Below, piece by piece: positions 1 through 8,856 of a stretch of DNA of 64,000 nucleotides; position 1 is the stretch's first letter; every line of letters starts with the position of its first letter. The stretch is taken from the NCBI GenBank assembly GCA_965248535.1, contig CBDFJR010000005.1, positions 160,001-224,000 of the forward strand, written 5' to 3'. Source of the stretch: Phormidesmis sp. (lineage in GTDB: Bacteria; Cyanobacteriota; Cyanobacteriia; Leptolyngbyales; Leptolyngbyaceae). Made by a program: the position numbers and the translations under genes. Under the pieces are notes generated by a model, which was given only the letters and a program-made list of their open reading frames with translations, did not search any database and was not told where the DNA came from.

Positions 1-667
1 CGTTTTTTCTAAAGCCTTTCAAGCCTGCCTGCATATCTCGATAGCCGAGATTTAAAATTTTTCGAGACAGAATGTTAAACACTTTGCCTGCAATTTTGCG
101 GCTGAACTTGAGATCGCTGCTGTTGCCTGGGGAAAGGCTGCGAGACCCGATCGCCACATCAGACTGCTGCAAGGCGGCAACAAGCCGCTCTAAATGATCT
201 AGCGAGTAGGCGAGATCACTATCGAGATAGCAAACAAACTCTGCATCTGCATGATCAACGCCGCGCTTGATGGCATAGCCTTTGCCTGCGCGAGGGTGAT
301 AGGAAACGAGTTGAATTTGATGAGTTTTAGCCGCGTGAATGCTTGCGGTGATGATGGATTTTGTGCGATCGCTAGACCCATCATTCACAAAAATAAACGT
401 AAATTGAGGATGGCGACAGGCATATTCAAAAACTGCATTAAAGGTTTTTTGAATGCAAGCCTGCTCATTGTAGACGGGCAAAACGACACACACATCGCCC
501 GTTTTAGTGAGCGTAGCCGGATTGTCATAAGCGCGATGTCTTGAGGCGCAGTCGGGAGATTCATCTTGCATCGGTCTAGAACCTTGAGATCTGGAACTCT
601 GCCGAGTCCCCTCTTGCCGATGCAGGAATTGAACCCAGACATTGCGAGGGTTCCACGTTTTTTTCAT
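1..667 (-). CDS. Glycosyltransferase family 2 (Dol-P-Man synthase-like), runs off window start
   Basis: Not in the ORF track because there is no stop inside the window. Manual translation gives VCVVLPVYNE...FIFVNDGSSD...GKGYAIKRG...YLDSDL...IGSR...DMQAGLKGF. Start codon uncertain (ATG 667 chosen). Confidence 0.85.
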   Translation of the reverse strand, partial: MKKTWNPRNVWVQFLHRQEGTRQSSRSQGSRPMQDESPDCASRHRAYDNPATLTKTGDVCVVLPVYNEQACIQKTFNAVFEYACRHPQFTFIFVNDGSSDRTKSIITASIHAAKTHQIQLVSYHPRAGKGYAIKRGVDHADAEFVCYLDSDLAYSLDHLERLVAALQQSDVAIGSRSLSPGNSSDLKFSRKIAGKVFNILSRKILNLGYRDMQAGLKGFRKN

Positions 668-746
668 TGCGATCGCGTCCTCATCGATATGCCTTGACAC
701 TCCTGACGACTCAAACGAGCCTGAAAATAAGAATACATGATCCATC

Positions 747-2360
747 CTACATTCCGGCTTTCAGGGTTTGCCAGGCAGCCAGCGCGCTAGGGTTTGACGA
801 GACCCCTCGCTGCATCAACACTACGCCGTCTTGAACATCAAGCACTCCATAGGTGCCGTCTGCCACAATTTTTTCTAGCGTGGGAAGCGTTGATCGTAAG
901 TCACTTCGACTATCGGCAAATGCCGTTTGATATTCTTGCATCTGCCATAAATCTGCAACCGCATAGTCTACAGCGATCGTCTGGTCACGATCGTCCTTGA
1001 TTTGAAGTCCCGGTAGCCGAATGATCACCCGCCGACTCGACAAGTGAGGAATTAAATAAGTCGTTGCAGAAACGCTGGCATCGGCAGGAATTTGTCGAAT
1101 CACTTGATTCACTTGATCAGCATGGCTCCACTGGCGCGTCAGCGGCACAAACACCCACGGGCGAATCGAGTCAGGAATCATAAACGACAGCGCCCGATTG
1201 GGATTGTTTGTCACGGTGATGGCGATCGAGAGCACCAAACAAAGACTCCAGAAGCGGCGAAACCGGGGCGTAAATCGATCGGGATGGCACGACCACCACA
1301 GCACCGCCCCATAAAACACGCCAGGCACGATCGACAGGGCATAGCGCAGATTCAGCGACAAAGCAGAAAATCCTGATTGCAAAAACAGCATGATGAGTGG
1401 AAAGCCCGCGATCGTCCAAGCAGACGGCGACAAAGCAGGAATAAACGCCAGCGAGAGCCACTGTCCGGCGAGATAGCTGAGGCGACGATCGAGGGGCAAA
1501 AACAGGCTCGACAGCAGCGCGATCGGGTGAGTCAAAATGCCCCCCAAAACCTGCAACGTGCTGGGATTTTCAGTGGTGACAAATTGCTTAAATCGGTGGG
1601 CTAGATAGAGCCGCGAGTTGTCAGGAGAAATCTGCGGCATGATCGCATTCGTGACGATCGCCACATAGCTAAAGCTGATCAAACACACCGCTAGCCCAAC
1701 CCAAGGGTGACGGCGACTCAGCAGCAGATAGACTCCGACCCCAAACAGCAAAATCCCTGCGTCTTCTCGAATGCCTAACACGAGCAAAGCACACAGCCAA
1801 AACCAGATCCAGCGCTGTTTTTCTAACGCTAACAGCAACGCAAACGCCAATAGCGGAATCTGACACTGCTCATAAAAATTGGCCACGGTCGGAGAAATGA
1901 CCGCGATCGCGGCATAATAACTGCCCATGATCCACAGCGATAGATGCGGCTGAAGATAGTGTCGAGCCAAGGCGTAGAGCAAAAGTCCTGCCAGGGTGAT
2001 TAACCCAACCTGCAACACGATCAGCGTCACCGGGTGAGGAGCTATTGCATAGAAGGGCAGCCACAGTAGAAAATCTAAAACAAAATGCTGACCTAAATGC
2101 AAAAAATGCACCGTTGGAATCACGCCATCTTCAAGAGACACGACCGAATTTGCAGAGGTTAGAGAACTCTGGAACCAATGCCCGTGCAAATTGTTCCAAA
2201 AAATCTGATTAAACAGTCCGTGATCATAAGACGAATAGAAAACGAAGTAGCGGTGCAGCGAAATCAGCAACACGCTGGTAAAAAAAATGGCTGCAAGCAA
2301 CCCCGATCGCTTCCAACCCAGTTGATCGGTTGCCGGAATCCAAGATTTAAGAAAAGTCAT
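747..2360 (-). CDS. DUF2079-like multi-pass membrane protein (putative GT-C fold glycosyltransferase)
   Basis: 537 aa, many TM segments; YDHGLFNQIFWN, LGQHF and REDAG motifs; adjacent to a GT2 gene. Confidence 0.7.
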   Translation of the reverse strand: MTFLKSWIPATDQLGWKRSGLLAAIFFTSVLLISLHRYFVFYSSYDHGLFNQIFWNNLHGHWFQSSLTSANSVVSLEDGVIPTVHFLHLGQHFVLDFLLWLPFYAIAPHPVTLIVLQVGLITLAGLLLYALARHYLQPHLSLWIMGSYYAAIAVISPTVANFYEQCQIPLLAFALLLALEKQRWIWFWLCALLVLGIREDAGILLFGVGVYLLLSRRHPWVGLAVCLISFSYVAIVTNAIMPQISPDNSRLYLAHRFKQFVTTENPSTLQVLGGILTHPIALLSSLFLPLDRRLSYLAGQWLSLAFIPALSPSAWTIAGFPLIMLFLQSGFSALSLNLRYALSIVPGVFYGAVLWWSCHPDRFTPRFRRFWSLCLVLSIAITVTNNPNRALSFMIPDSIRPWVFVPLTRQWSHADQVNQVIRQIPADASVSATTYLIPHLSSRRVIIRLPGLQIKDDRDQTIAVDYAVADLWQMQEYQTAFADSRSDLRSTLPTLEKIVADGTYGVLDVQDGVVLMQRGVSSNPSALAAWQTLKAGM

Positions 2361-2390
2361 TCAACACAAGCTTGAGGATATGGGCGATCG

Positions 2391-3899
2391 TCAACGAGCG
2401 ACGGCGGGTTTTTGAGTCGCCTTAGGCTTGGGTGACTGTTGAGGAGCAGGCACCGCCGGAACCGGAAGCGGTTTTATAGTGGTAGGCACCGCCGTCGAAG
2501 TCGGAGCGGGCACACTCGCCGGGGGCTGGCTTTTCGCCCAAAATGCTGCGCTGCCCGTGTCATAAAACCCAGCCACACACGCGATCATCATCGTCGCTAA
2601 AGTGCCCACAAAGAGCGCCTTCCACCCCAGTTCTGAAATGTCTTTGCGACGAGACGGAATCAGCGCGATCGTGCCTCCCACAAAAATCCCCACCGAGGCC
2701 AGGTGAGCAAACCCAGACAGCGCATAGCTGATGATCAAAACCGCCCGATCGCTGAGAGGGTGAACCGGACGAGCGGCAGCAGCAGCCAAAGCCTGATAGG
2801 GCGGAATCGCCGTTTCTAGCAATCTGCGCCCAATAATCACCGACGATTCCCACAACTCATTCCACTCTAGAGACACGCCCGTCAAAAACGTAAACGGCAG
2901 GAACAATGCGCCCTCAATATTCGCCAGAGTGACAATGCCAAAAAACTGTCCAATCACCCCCGGAATGCCCGCCAAGCCTGCAAAAATTTGATTGACGAGG
3001 GACACCAAACCCAAGATGAGAATCAGCACGGCGGCGATCGCCACCGACATTTTCACCCCGTCTAAGGCACCCACGATCGCCGCATCTAGAGGACTCACTC
3101 GCTCGATCGGTTCGCCACCGACCGTCTCTCTAGACAACCCTTCATCGTTTTCATCTCGGTCTAACTCAACTGGAATGCCCCCCGCCGTTAGGGGAACCTC
3201 GGTTTCGGGCACCAAAATCTTAGACAACACAAAACAAGCCGGAATCGCAATGATCGACGCAGAAACCAAGTGTCCTAAAATGTTGGGAAACACCGGACGT
3301 AAAAAGCTGACATAAATCGCCAGCGTTGATGAAGCCGCCGTGCCAAAACAGCAGGCCAAAATCGCACAGAGTTCGCTGCGGGTCATCTTCGCCAAAAAGG
3401 GCTTGACCACGATCGCCGCTTCAATGCCGACAAAAATATTCGCCGCGCCGCTCAACGCCTCAGCCCCACTCAACCGCATCGTAGTGTAAAACGCTTTCGC
3501 AAACAGATTGGTGACGACCTGAATCACGCCAATGTTATAGAGCAACGCCATTAAACCAGAGAAAAAAACCACCGTCGGCAAAGCTCGAAAGGCAAAAATA
3601 TAGCCGAGATTAATATCAGCAGGTCGAGTCGGCAACGGGACAATATTTTTGCCAAACACAAAACTCGCACCCGTATCTGCGGCCAAAAACACGCCATCTA
3701 GCAGGTTACTAAAGACTTGCAGCGCCTCTCTTGTGAAGGGCAACCAAAACACTAGCGCCCCCAGCACCAGTTGCATCAGAATTCCCATGATCACGACGCG
3801 CCATGGAAAGACTCTAGGGCTGCGGTTTTCTGAAAACAGCCAGGCGATCGCACACAAGCCAAAAATGCCTAAAAATGAGATGAGATTGAGTAGACTCAT
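2391..3899 (-). CDS. nupC: Concentrative nucleoside transporter (CNT/NupC family)
   Basis: FAFRALPTVVFFS, AANIFVGIE and SYALSGFAH motifs; Pro-rich C-terminal tail. Confidence 0.9.
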   Translation of the reverse strand: MSLLNLISFLGIFGLCAIAWLFSENRSPRVFPWRVVIMGILMQLVLGALVFWLPFTREALQVFSNLLDGVFLAADTGASFVFGKNIVPLPTRPADINLGYIFAFRALPTVVFFSGLMALLYNIGVIQVVTNLFAKAFYTTMRLSGAEALSGAANIFVGIEAAIVVKPFLAKMTRSELCAILACCFGTAASSTLAIYVSFLRPVFPNILGHLVSASIIAIPACFVLSKILVPETEVPLTAGGIPVELDRDENDEGLSRETVGGEPIERVSPLDAAIVGALDGVKMSVAIAAVLILILGLVSLVNQIFAGLAGIPGVIGQFFGIVTLANIEGALFLPFTFLTGVSLEWNELWESSVIIGRRLLETAIPPYQALAAAAARPVHPLSDRAVLIISYALSGFAHLASVGIFVGGTIALIPSRRKDISELGWKALFVGTLATMMIACVAGFYDTGSAAFWAKSQPPASVPAPTSTAVPTTIKPLPVPAVPAPQQSPKPKATQKPAVAR

Positions 3900-4092
3900 G
3901 GAACCGAATCCTTGAACGAGGGCGAAACGTTCTTCAGGACTACTCTCAAGGTAGATGAATGAGCGTCTCTAAGACGATACCTAAAAAAGGCTCGATCGGC
4001 GCACCTAATTCTCACGATCGCGATCGCCCAAAATTGGTAAGCCGAGACTTGAAACGGTCATAATAAGCAGAGTCGCCCTCATTCGTTGATTT

Positions 4093-4377
4093 ATGGATGC
4101 TTTTAAGCCAACCGCGCCGACCTGGACAGAACTCGCCGTTCACGCTCATGAGTTTCACTGTCCTGCTTGCCATAAATCTTGCATTGAAGCAGACCAGGTT
4201 TGGGTAAATCGACGATCGCCCGTTTTTTCAGATGACTATCGCAAAAAATGGCAAGAGTTTTATCAGTGCCAGTGTGGTCAGGTTTGGTGGGCTTGGAGTA
4301 ACGATCGTCCGCCGTCAGAGTTGCCTGAGCGCGATCGGCCAGTCAGAGATGTTTTTAACCCGTTTGACGATCTGTGA
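4093..4377 (+). CDS. Small hypothetical protein with possible Zn ribbon
   Basis: 94 aa, CPAC and CQCG Cys pairs, Trp-rich. Confidence 0.7.
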   Translation: MDAFKPTAPTWTELAVHAHEFHCPACHKSCIEADQVWVNRRSPVFSDDYRKKWQEFYQCQCGQVWWAWSNDRPPSELPERDRPVRDVFNPFDDL

Positions 4378-4470
4378 GAACGAATGTGGAGTGCTAGTTC
4401 AAACAGCCGACCAGATGCTTAAGAAGCATTTAGAAAAAAGTTAGGCGAGTCTACATTCCACGATCGATTT

Positions 4471-5469
4471 TCACCACAAGGATTTTCGACATATGGAATT
4501 CGGAAAATTTTCGACAAATCTTCTATGGGAAGTAACCGAAGGACTATACGTAGTCGGATCTTTACCAACCTCAATTAAAATAGTTCCTCCACAGCATTTT
4601 TTACTCATAAGTCCCTTGGCGGGTAAACCGCTGAGATGAACAATATTGCCATCTGGCAAATTTACAGCACATTTCTCTGATAGCTGTGTGCATAAAATAT
4701 GAGCCTTCGGCGTGGCTAATAAAACTCCCTCTACAATCTCATCATCTGGATTTTTATGAAGCTTTCTGTCAATTGAGAAAATGACTAACTTGGGCCGCAC
4801 AAGACTGCATAATTGTTGAGCAAATGCTTTGCTGTTTACACGAAAACCTGGTTTACCACCATGATGGGGAAAAACTAAAATATCAGCTTGTAGGTCTTCA
4901 GATTCCTTGAGCATATTGTTTAGCCCAGTTTGGTCTAAATCTCCTGCTAGAATAGCGACCTTACGAGTGTTGTAAACTAGAGAAACGACGGCTGACATAG
5001 AATTAGCTCGTAGAGTTTTACCCGCCAAGTCTTTTCCACCTACACCTGCTAAGGCAAGTTCTGGAACTGGAGCGAGTACTTCAACGATCACTTGTCCAAC
5101 ATTAAGTTCGCCCGTTGTTGATGTTGTCAATTCTGCCTTAACTTTGACACCAGAACGGCGACGTGCATCTCCCAATGCACTGAGTACATCTTTCCAGACT
5201 TCAGTGTCTCTGAGCCAATCGGAATTGAGGTGGATATTATGAATTTTGATATCTCGATTCAGGAGTAGCTGAGGAATTCCAGCAATGTGATCTTGGTCAG
5301 CGTGAGAAATCAAAACATGGGAAATTTCTGTGATCCCAAGATGATGCAATGTTTCTGGTAATACAGCACCGGGAGGACAGTCAATCAGCACCGTGCCTTC
5401 TGTATCTCTCAACAATGCACAATTGCCATGTCCAACATCTAAAATGATTAGCTCAGGAAATTCCATCAA
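4471..5469 (-). CDS. ComEC/Rec2-like metallo-beta-lactamase-fold hydrolase (putative nuclease)
   Basis: LDVGHGNC, SHADQDH (HxDxDH), NSMS, LAGD and PHHG motifs; no TM competence domain. Confidence 0.85.
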   Translation of the reverse strand: MMEFPELIILDVGHGNCALLRDTEGTVLIDCPPGAVLPETLHHLGITEISHVLISHADQDHIAGIPQLLLNRDIKIHNIHLNSDWLRDTEVWKDVLSALGDARRRSGVKVKAELTTSTTGELNVGQVIVEVLAPVPELALAGVGGKDLAGKTLRANSMSAVVSLVYNTRKVAILAGDLDQTGLNNMLKESEDLQADILVFPHHGGKPGFRVNSKAFAQQLCSLVRPKLVIFSIDRKLHKNPDDEIVEGVLLATPKAHILCTQLSEKCAVNLPDGNIVHLSGLPAKGLMSKKCCGGTILIEVGKDPTTYSPSVTSHRRFVENFPNSICRKSLW

Positions 5470-6187
5470 TCTCTTCCGGTGTAGGTGCTACTTCAAAATC
5501 AGTGAAATATAAATCTTCAGGATTCTCAGCACCGCTATTGACATTAGCAATGAGGCGAGTACCGATTTCTGGCTCAAAGTTAAAAATCCATTCACGGATC
5601 AAGGATAAAGGTAACGGCACAGGAGTCTCAGGCTTCCAACTTGGAATGATTACATCTACAACGTCCTCCCTGTAGTTTGCATCAAAATCAATAATCCTTA
5701 CTATGTTTCTGTAAGGTTTTCTGTCACTTGAAAATGTCCCACCAAACTCAGATAAGCAAGTTTCTAATCCTGCTTTTATGGTGGATTTATTTAAATTACT
5801 CTTGCTCAAAAGCACAGGTATTTTGTGCCTAAGTTTTCTGATGGGTACATCTTTATCCATCTCGTAAAACTGAGTATTTAGTATCGCTGGTATTTTCCGA
5901 TCGTATAGAGTTGCTACCAAGTCAGAACCATCAAAATTAGCGAATCCAGATTTTCTTAGGCGCTGATCACACAAAACTCCGTATGTATCTTCAGAAATCT
6001 GCGATATTAAGTCATCAATATCTGTGAAAGAACCTTCAACAATCAAAACCGGTTCGTAACCTGCCTCTTCAACATCCCAAAACGCTGCGTTAGCAAAATC
6101 TTTTTCATCATCAATGATGAAAACTTTAGACTTCTCACGTGGTTGTTCACTTGAAAGATCTTCAGCAAACTTGCTTATTGCAACCAT
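5453..6187 (-). CDS. Response-regulator receiver domain plus uncharacterised C-terminal domain
   Basis: FIIDDE, VLCDQRL (putative phospho-Asp), ILNT and LSK; beta-rich C-terminus without a recognisable HTH. Confidence 0.7.
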   Translation of the reverse strand: MVAISKFAEDLSSEQPREKSKVFIIDDEKDFANAAFWDVEEAGYEPVLIVEGSFTDIDDLISQISEDTYGVLCDQRLRKSGFANFDGSDLVATLYDRKIPAILNTQFYEMDKDVPIRKLRHKIPVLLSKSNLNKSTIKAGLETCLSEFGGTFSSDRKPYRNIVRIIDFDANYREDVVDVIIPSWKPETPVPLPLSLIREWIFNFEPEIGTRLIANVNSGAENPEDLYFTDFEVAPTPEEIDGIS

Positions 6188-8241
6188 TACAAAACTCCAG
6201 TTAGTGGTAATTTGACCATGAATTCTGCACCGCCTAGTTCACCGTTTGCTTTCGCCCATATTTCACCGCCTAAATCAGTGACCGAATCTTTAACGATCGT
6301 CAACCCCAAACCTGTACCTCCTGATGTGGTTGTTCGACCAGGCAGCCAAATCTCGTCTAGAGCCAAGCTTTTAATCCCAAGACCACTATCCAGAAATCGA
6401 AGCTCAAGATAGGTTGTCGTCAACACGGTATTAACTACAATTTGACGTTTTTCACAGGGTGCATCTTTGTCGTTGAAGGCATTAATTGCATTAGTCATGA
6501 GATTAACAAGGATGGCTTCTAAGAGGGAAATGCTGCCACGTATCGATGGTGCGCCATCAGCTAACTCTTTCTTAACGTCTACTTTTGCTTCTTCTAAAAA
6601 TGGTTGGAATAGCTCGATCACTCCATCAATTACATTGTGAACATCAACAGTACTCGATCGTCGTTTTGTGCGTTTTAGTAGATGTAGAGGAAACTTAGCA
6701 AAACTCTTTAATGAGTTCGCAGCCCTATACAGCATCTCTACAGGCTCACCTAGAGTTCTGACATACTGACCCGCTAATAGTTTTTGTCCTTGTGTTGCAA
6801 TTCGTTTAGCAGCTTTCTCAACTAAAGTGACTGGTTTACCTGACTCATGGGCAAATAGCGCGGCGGTTGTACCCGCTGTTGCCAAACTACGGTAGAGCAA
6901 TACGTCTTCCCGTAATGACTGAGTTTCACGCTCCTTAACTCTTTCGTAGTTCTGGATCAACTGAAGTACTTGTGTGCGAGATGTTTGAGGAATCTCTAAT
7001 GCTGCGATCGTTTCCTCAACTTTAGTTTTAGCCTCTACTACAGCATGGTTGATGTCTCGCTTGCCTTGATCTCGTTTTTTCTCAGACTCCTTCAATCTCA
7101 CATCAGCCATCCACTTAAAAGCATCGATCGCAAATTGTCTAAGTTCAGAAAACGCCTCATTTTCAATAAATCCTAGTCGATCTGTCTTTTGAATTAAGAC
7201 ATCATCTGGGTCAACGACAACCACACGACCAATTACCGTGTTAGTTGAAGGACGCTCTTCGGCTGCTTTTGCCCTTTCCAGGTTAATATTCAACCAATCG
7301 TTACCTGAGTCTCCATAGGGTTTCACTCGTAGCCCTCGATGATAGAAATGCACCCCTCCTACAATCGAGAGCCAATCTCTAATCTCTCCAATAGATGCTG
7401 TTCTCTCTCTTCGAGAAAAGGTTTGGGAACTCAGCCCAAAAATCCACACTTCGAGGTTTGCTGCTACTGTTTGATAGGGTCTTTGGGCAGAGTGTTGAAG
7501 ATCACTACGGAACAAGACATCCCCCTTCCAATCTGTAAGCCTTGCTTCAGCTTTACCATGAGCATCTAGAGAGGCGCTGAGTCGGTATTCAGTATCCTCA
7601 AAATAAGCTTCTTGCACCCGCTTTTCCAGTTCAGCGAACCCTGGAGCAATCAGTTTGGGACGGAAGCCAGTTTCACTATCAAACGGGTCTGCTAGTAATA
7701 AAAGTTCCCTGGCTAACCGTTGAACTTCCCGTTTACCCAGTTTAAATCTTAAATTTTGAATAATAGTATCAGTGCCTTGGGATTGTTGTGTTTCATCCTC
7801 TTCGACAGCGAGAGCAACATCTTCAACCACTTTTGCCTGAGCAAAGTCATTCCAGTCGATGGACAGAGAATATTCAATGCCAGAGTTGTCAGCAGATCGA
7901 GTTTTCAAGGTAACGTACGAACCTTGTCGAAGAGCCGCCAGTCTCCCTAAGCCCTTATCCCCCACAGGTAACCGCCCTAATTGAGTGGGAAGACGAGCCG
8001 CTTTTTTAGAGCGCCCAATGACAAGCCACCCCTCAGCGATCGCGTTTAAGTCCATGCCAATGCCATTATCTGATACGACAAGCGAACCCCCAGTTGTTTC
8101 AGAATTGATTATTTGAACTGTACATTCTGTGGCATCTGCGTCGTAAGAATTCTTTACCAGTTCCATAATGCCTTGGTCAGGATTAGGGATGAGTTCCTCA
8201 CCCAATCTACTTAGGATGTCTGGCGAGAATTTGAAGTGCAT
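6187..8241 (-). CDS. MORC/MutL-type GHKL ATPase fused to a C-terminal histidine kinase
   Basis: N-terminal ELVKNSYDA, DNGIGM, GDKGLGRLA; C-terminal H-box FAHE, N-box NLMTNA, G1 DSGLGI, G2 GTGLGL; no TM segments. Confidence 0.88.
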   Translation of the reverse strand: MHFKFSPDILSRLGEELIPNPDQGIMELVKNSYDADATECTVQIINSETTGGSLVVSDNGIGMDLNAIAEGWLVIGRSKKAARLPTQLGRLPVGDKGLGRLAALRQGSYVTLKTRSADNSGIEYSLSIDWNDFAQAKVVEDVALAVEEDETQQSQGTDTIIQNLRFKLGKREVQRLARELLLLADPFDSETGFRPKLIAPGFAELEKRVQEAYFEDTEYRLSASLDAHGKAEARLTDWKGDVLFRSDLQHSAQRPYQTVAANLEVWIFGLSSQTFSRRERTASIGEIRDWLSIVGGVHFYHRGLRVKPYGDSGNDWLNINLERAKAAEERPSTNTVIGRVVVVDPDDVLIQKTDRLGFIENEAFSELRQFAIDAFKWMADVRLKESEKKRDQGKRDINHAVVEAKTKVEETIAALEIPQTSRTQVLQLIQNYERVKERETQSLREDVLLYRSLATAGTTAALFAHESGKPVTLVEKAAKRIATQGQKLLAGQYVRTLGEPVEMLYRAANSLKSFAKFPLHLLKRTKRRSSTVDVHNVIDGVIELFQPFLEEAKVDVKKELADGAPSIRGSISLLEAILVNLMTNAINAFNDKDAPCEKRQIVVNTVLTTTYLELRFLDSGLGIKSLALDEIWLPGRTTTSGGTGLGLTIVKDSVTDLGGEIWAKANGELGGAEFMVKLPLTGVL

Positions 8242-8523
8242 TGCTATTTTTTGTGCCAGTGAGATTTTATCGTTGTCCTCATCATATCAATCTCCCAAAA
8301 ATGCGTTCTGATGGTGGGTAAATTTTATTGGGAATGCACCTAGAAGTCGTCTCTATTTTGCGGAGTCACTGCTCATCCCTCAACAACTACCCCACAGATT
8401 GACTCCTGAATGGCGAAACCGCAGACAACTGGATGCCCTCACCGCAACTTGCCGTTGCACTTTGCACTTAAACGCTCCCCCTGCAATGCGACAATGAACC
8501 CGTCCCTTTGTCGATAAACTCCC

Positions 8524-8751
8524 ATGTGGCGTGTCATCGTTTATTGTTCTGCTGATAGCTGGCGCATTCATGCCACTGCTTTTAAAGCCATTGCTGCAAA
8601 ATATCAGACCAAGCCGCTCTCTAGCAAAAAAATGAAAGACGATGAGCGGCGAATTATGGAATTTCAGGTAGAGGAGGTGGACGATGCTGAGTCTTTTCAA
8701 GATGAGTGCATGACGCTGGAAGGATTTAGCGCTCAGTTTGAGTCGCTGTAA
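8524..8751 (+). CDS. Small hypothetical protein
   Basis: 75-aa ORF with plausible globular composition, upstream of the GATase gene. Confidence 0.6.
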   Translation: MWRVIVYCSADSWRIHATAFKAIAAKYQTKPLSSKKMKDDERRIMEFQVEEVDDAESFQDECMTLEGFSAQFESL

Positions 8752-8856
8752 GGACATTTATATCCAGCGATCGTTCAAACTCAGATAAACCTCCCGGCTG
8801 ATGCAGATTTGGGCAGAAAGTGAGCTTTACTAGGCAAAGGGTTTCTAAAAAGTTTC

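Noticed and set aside
199..642. Short ORFs 199-384, 251-544 and 385-642
   Set aside because: Alternative frames overlapping the GT2 gene that runs off the window edge
2515..2560. Possible pair of compensating indels near the nupC C-terminus (an alternative frame reads SILGEKPA)
   Set aside because: The ORF is open and plausible as given; cannot be tested without homologue alignment or reads
4378..4470. Search for att sites or direct repeats bounding the island
   Set aside because: No convincing repeat shared with the 8250-8520 side was seen
8380..8757. 125-aa minus-strand ORF as a fourth gene of the operon
   Set aside because: Antisense shadow of the 8524-8751 ORF, with no motifs
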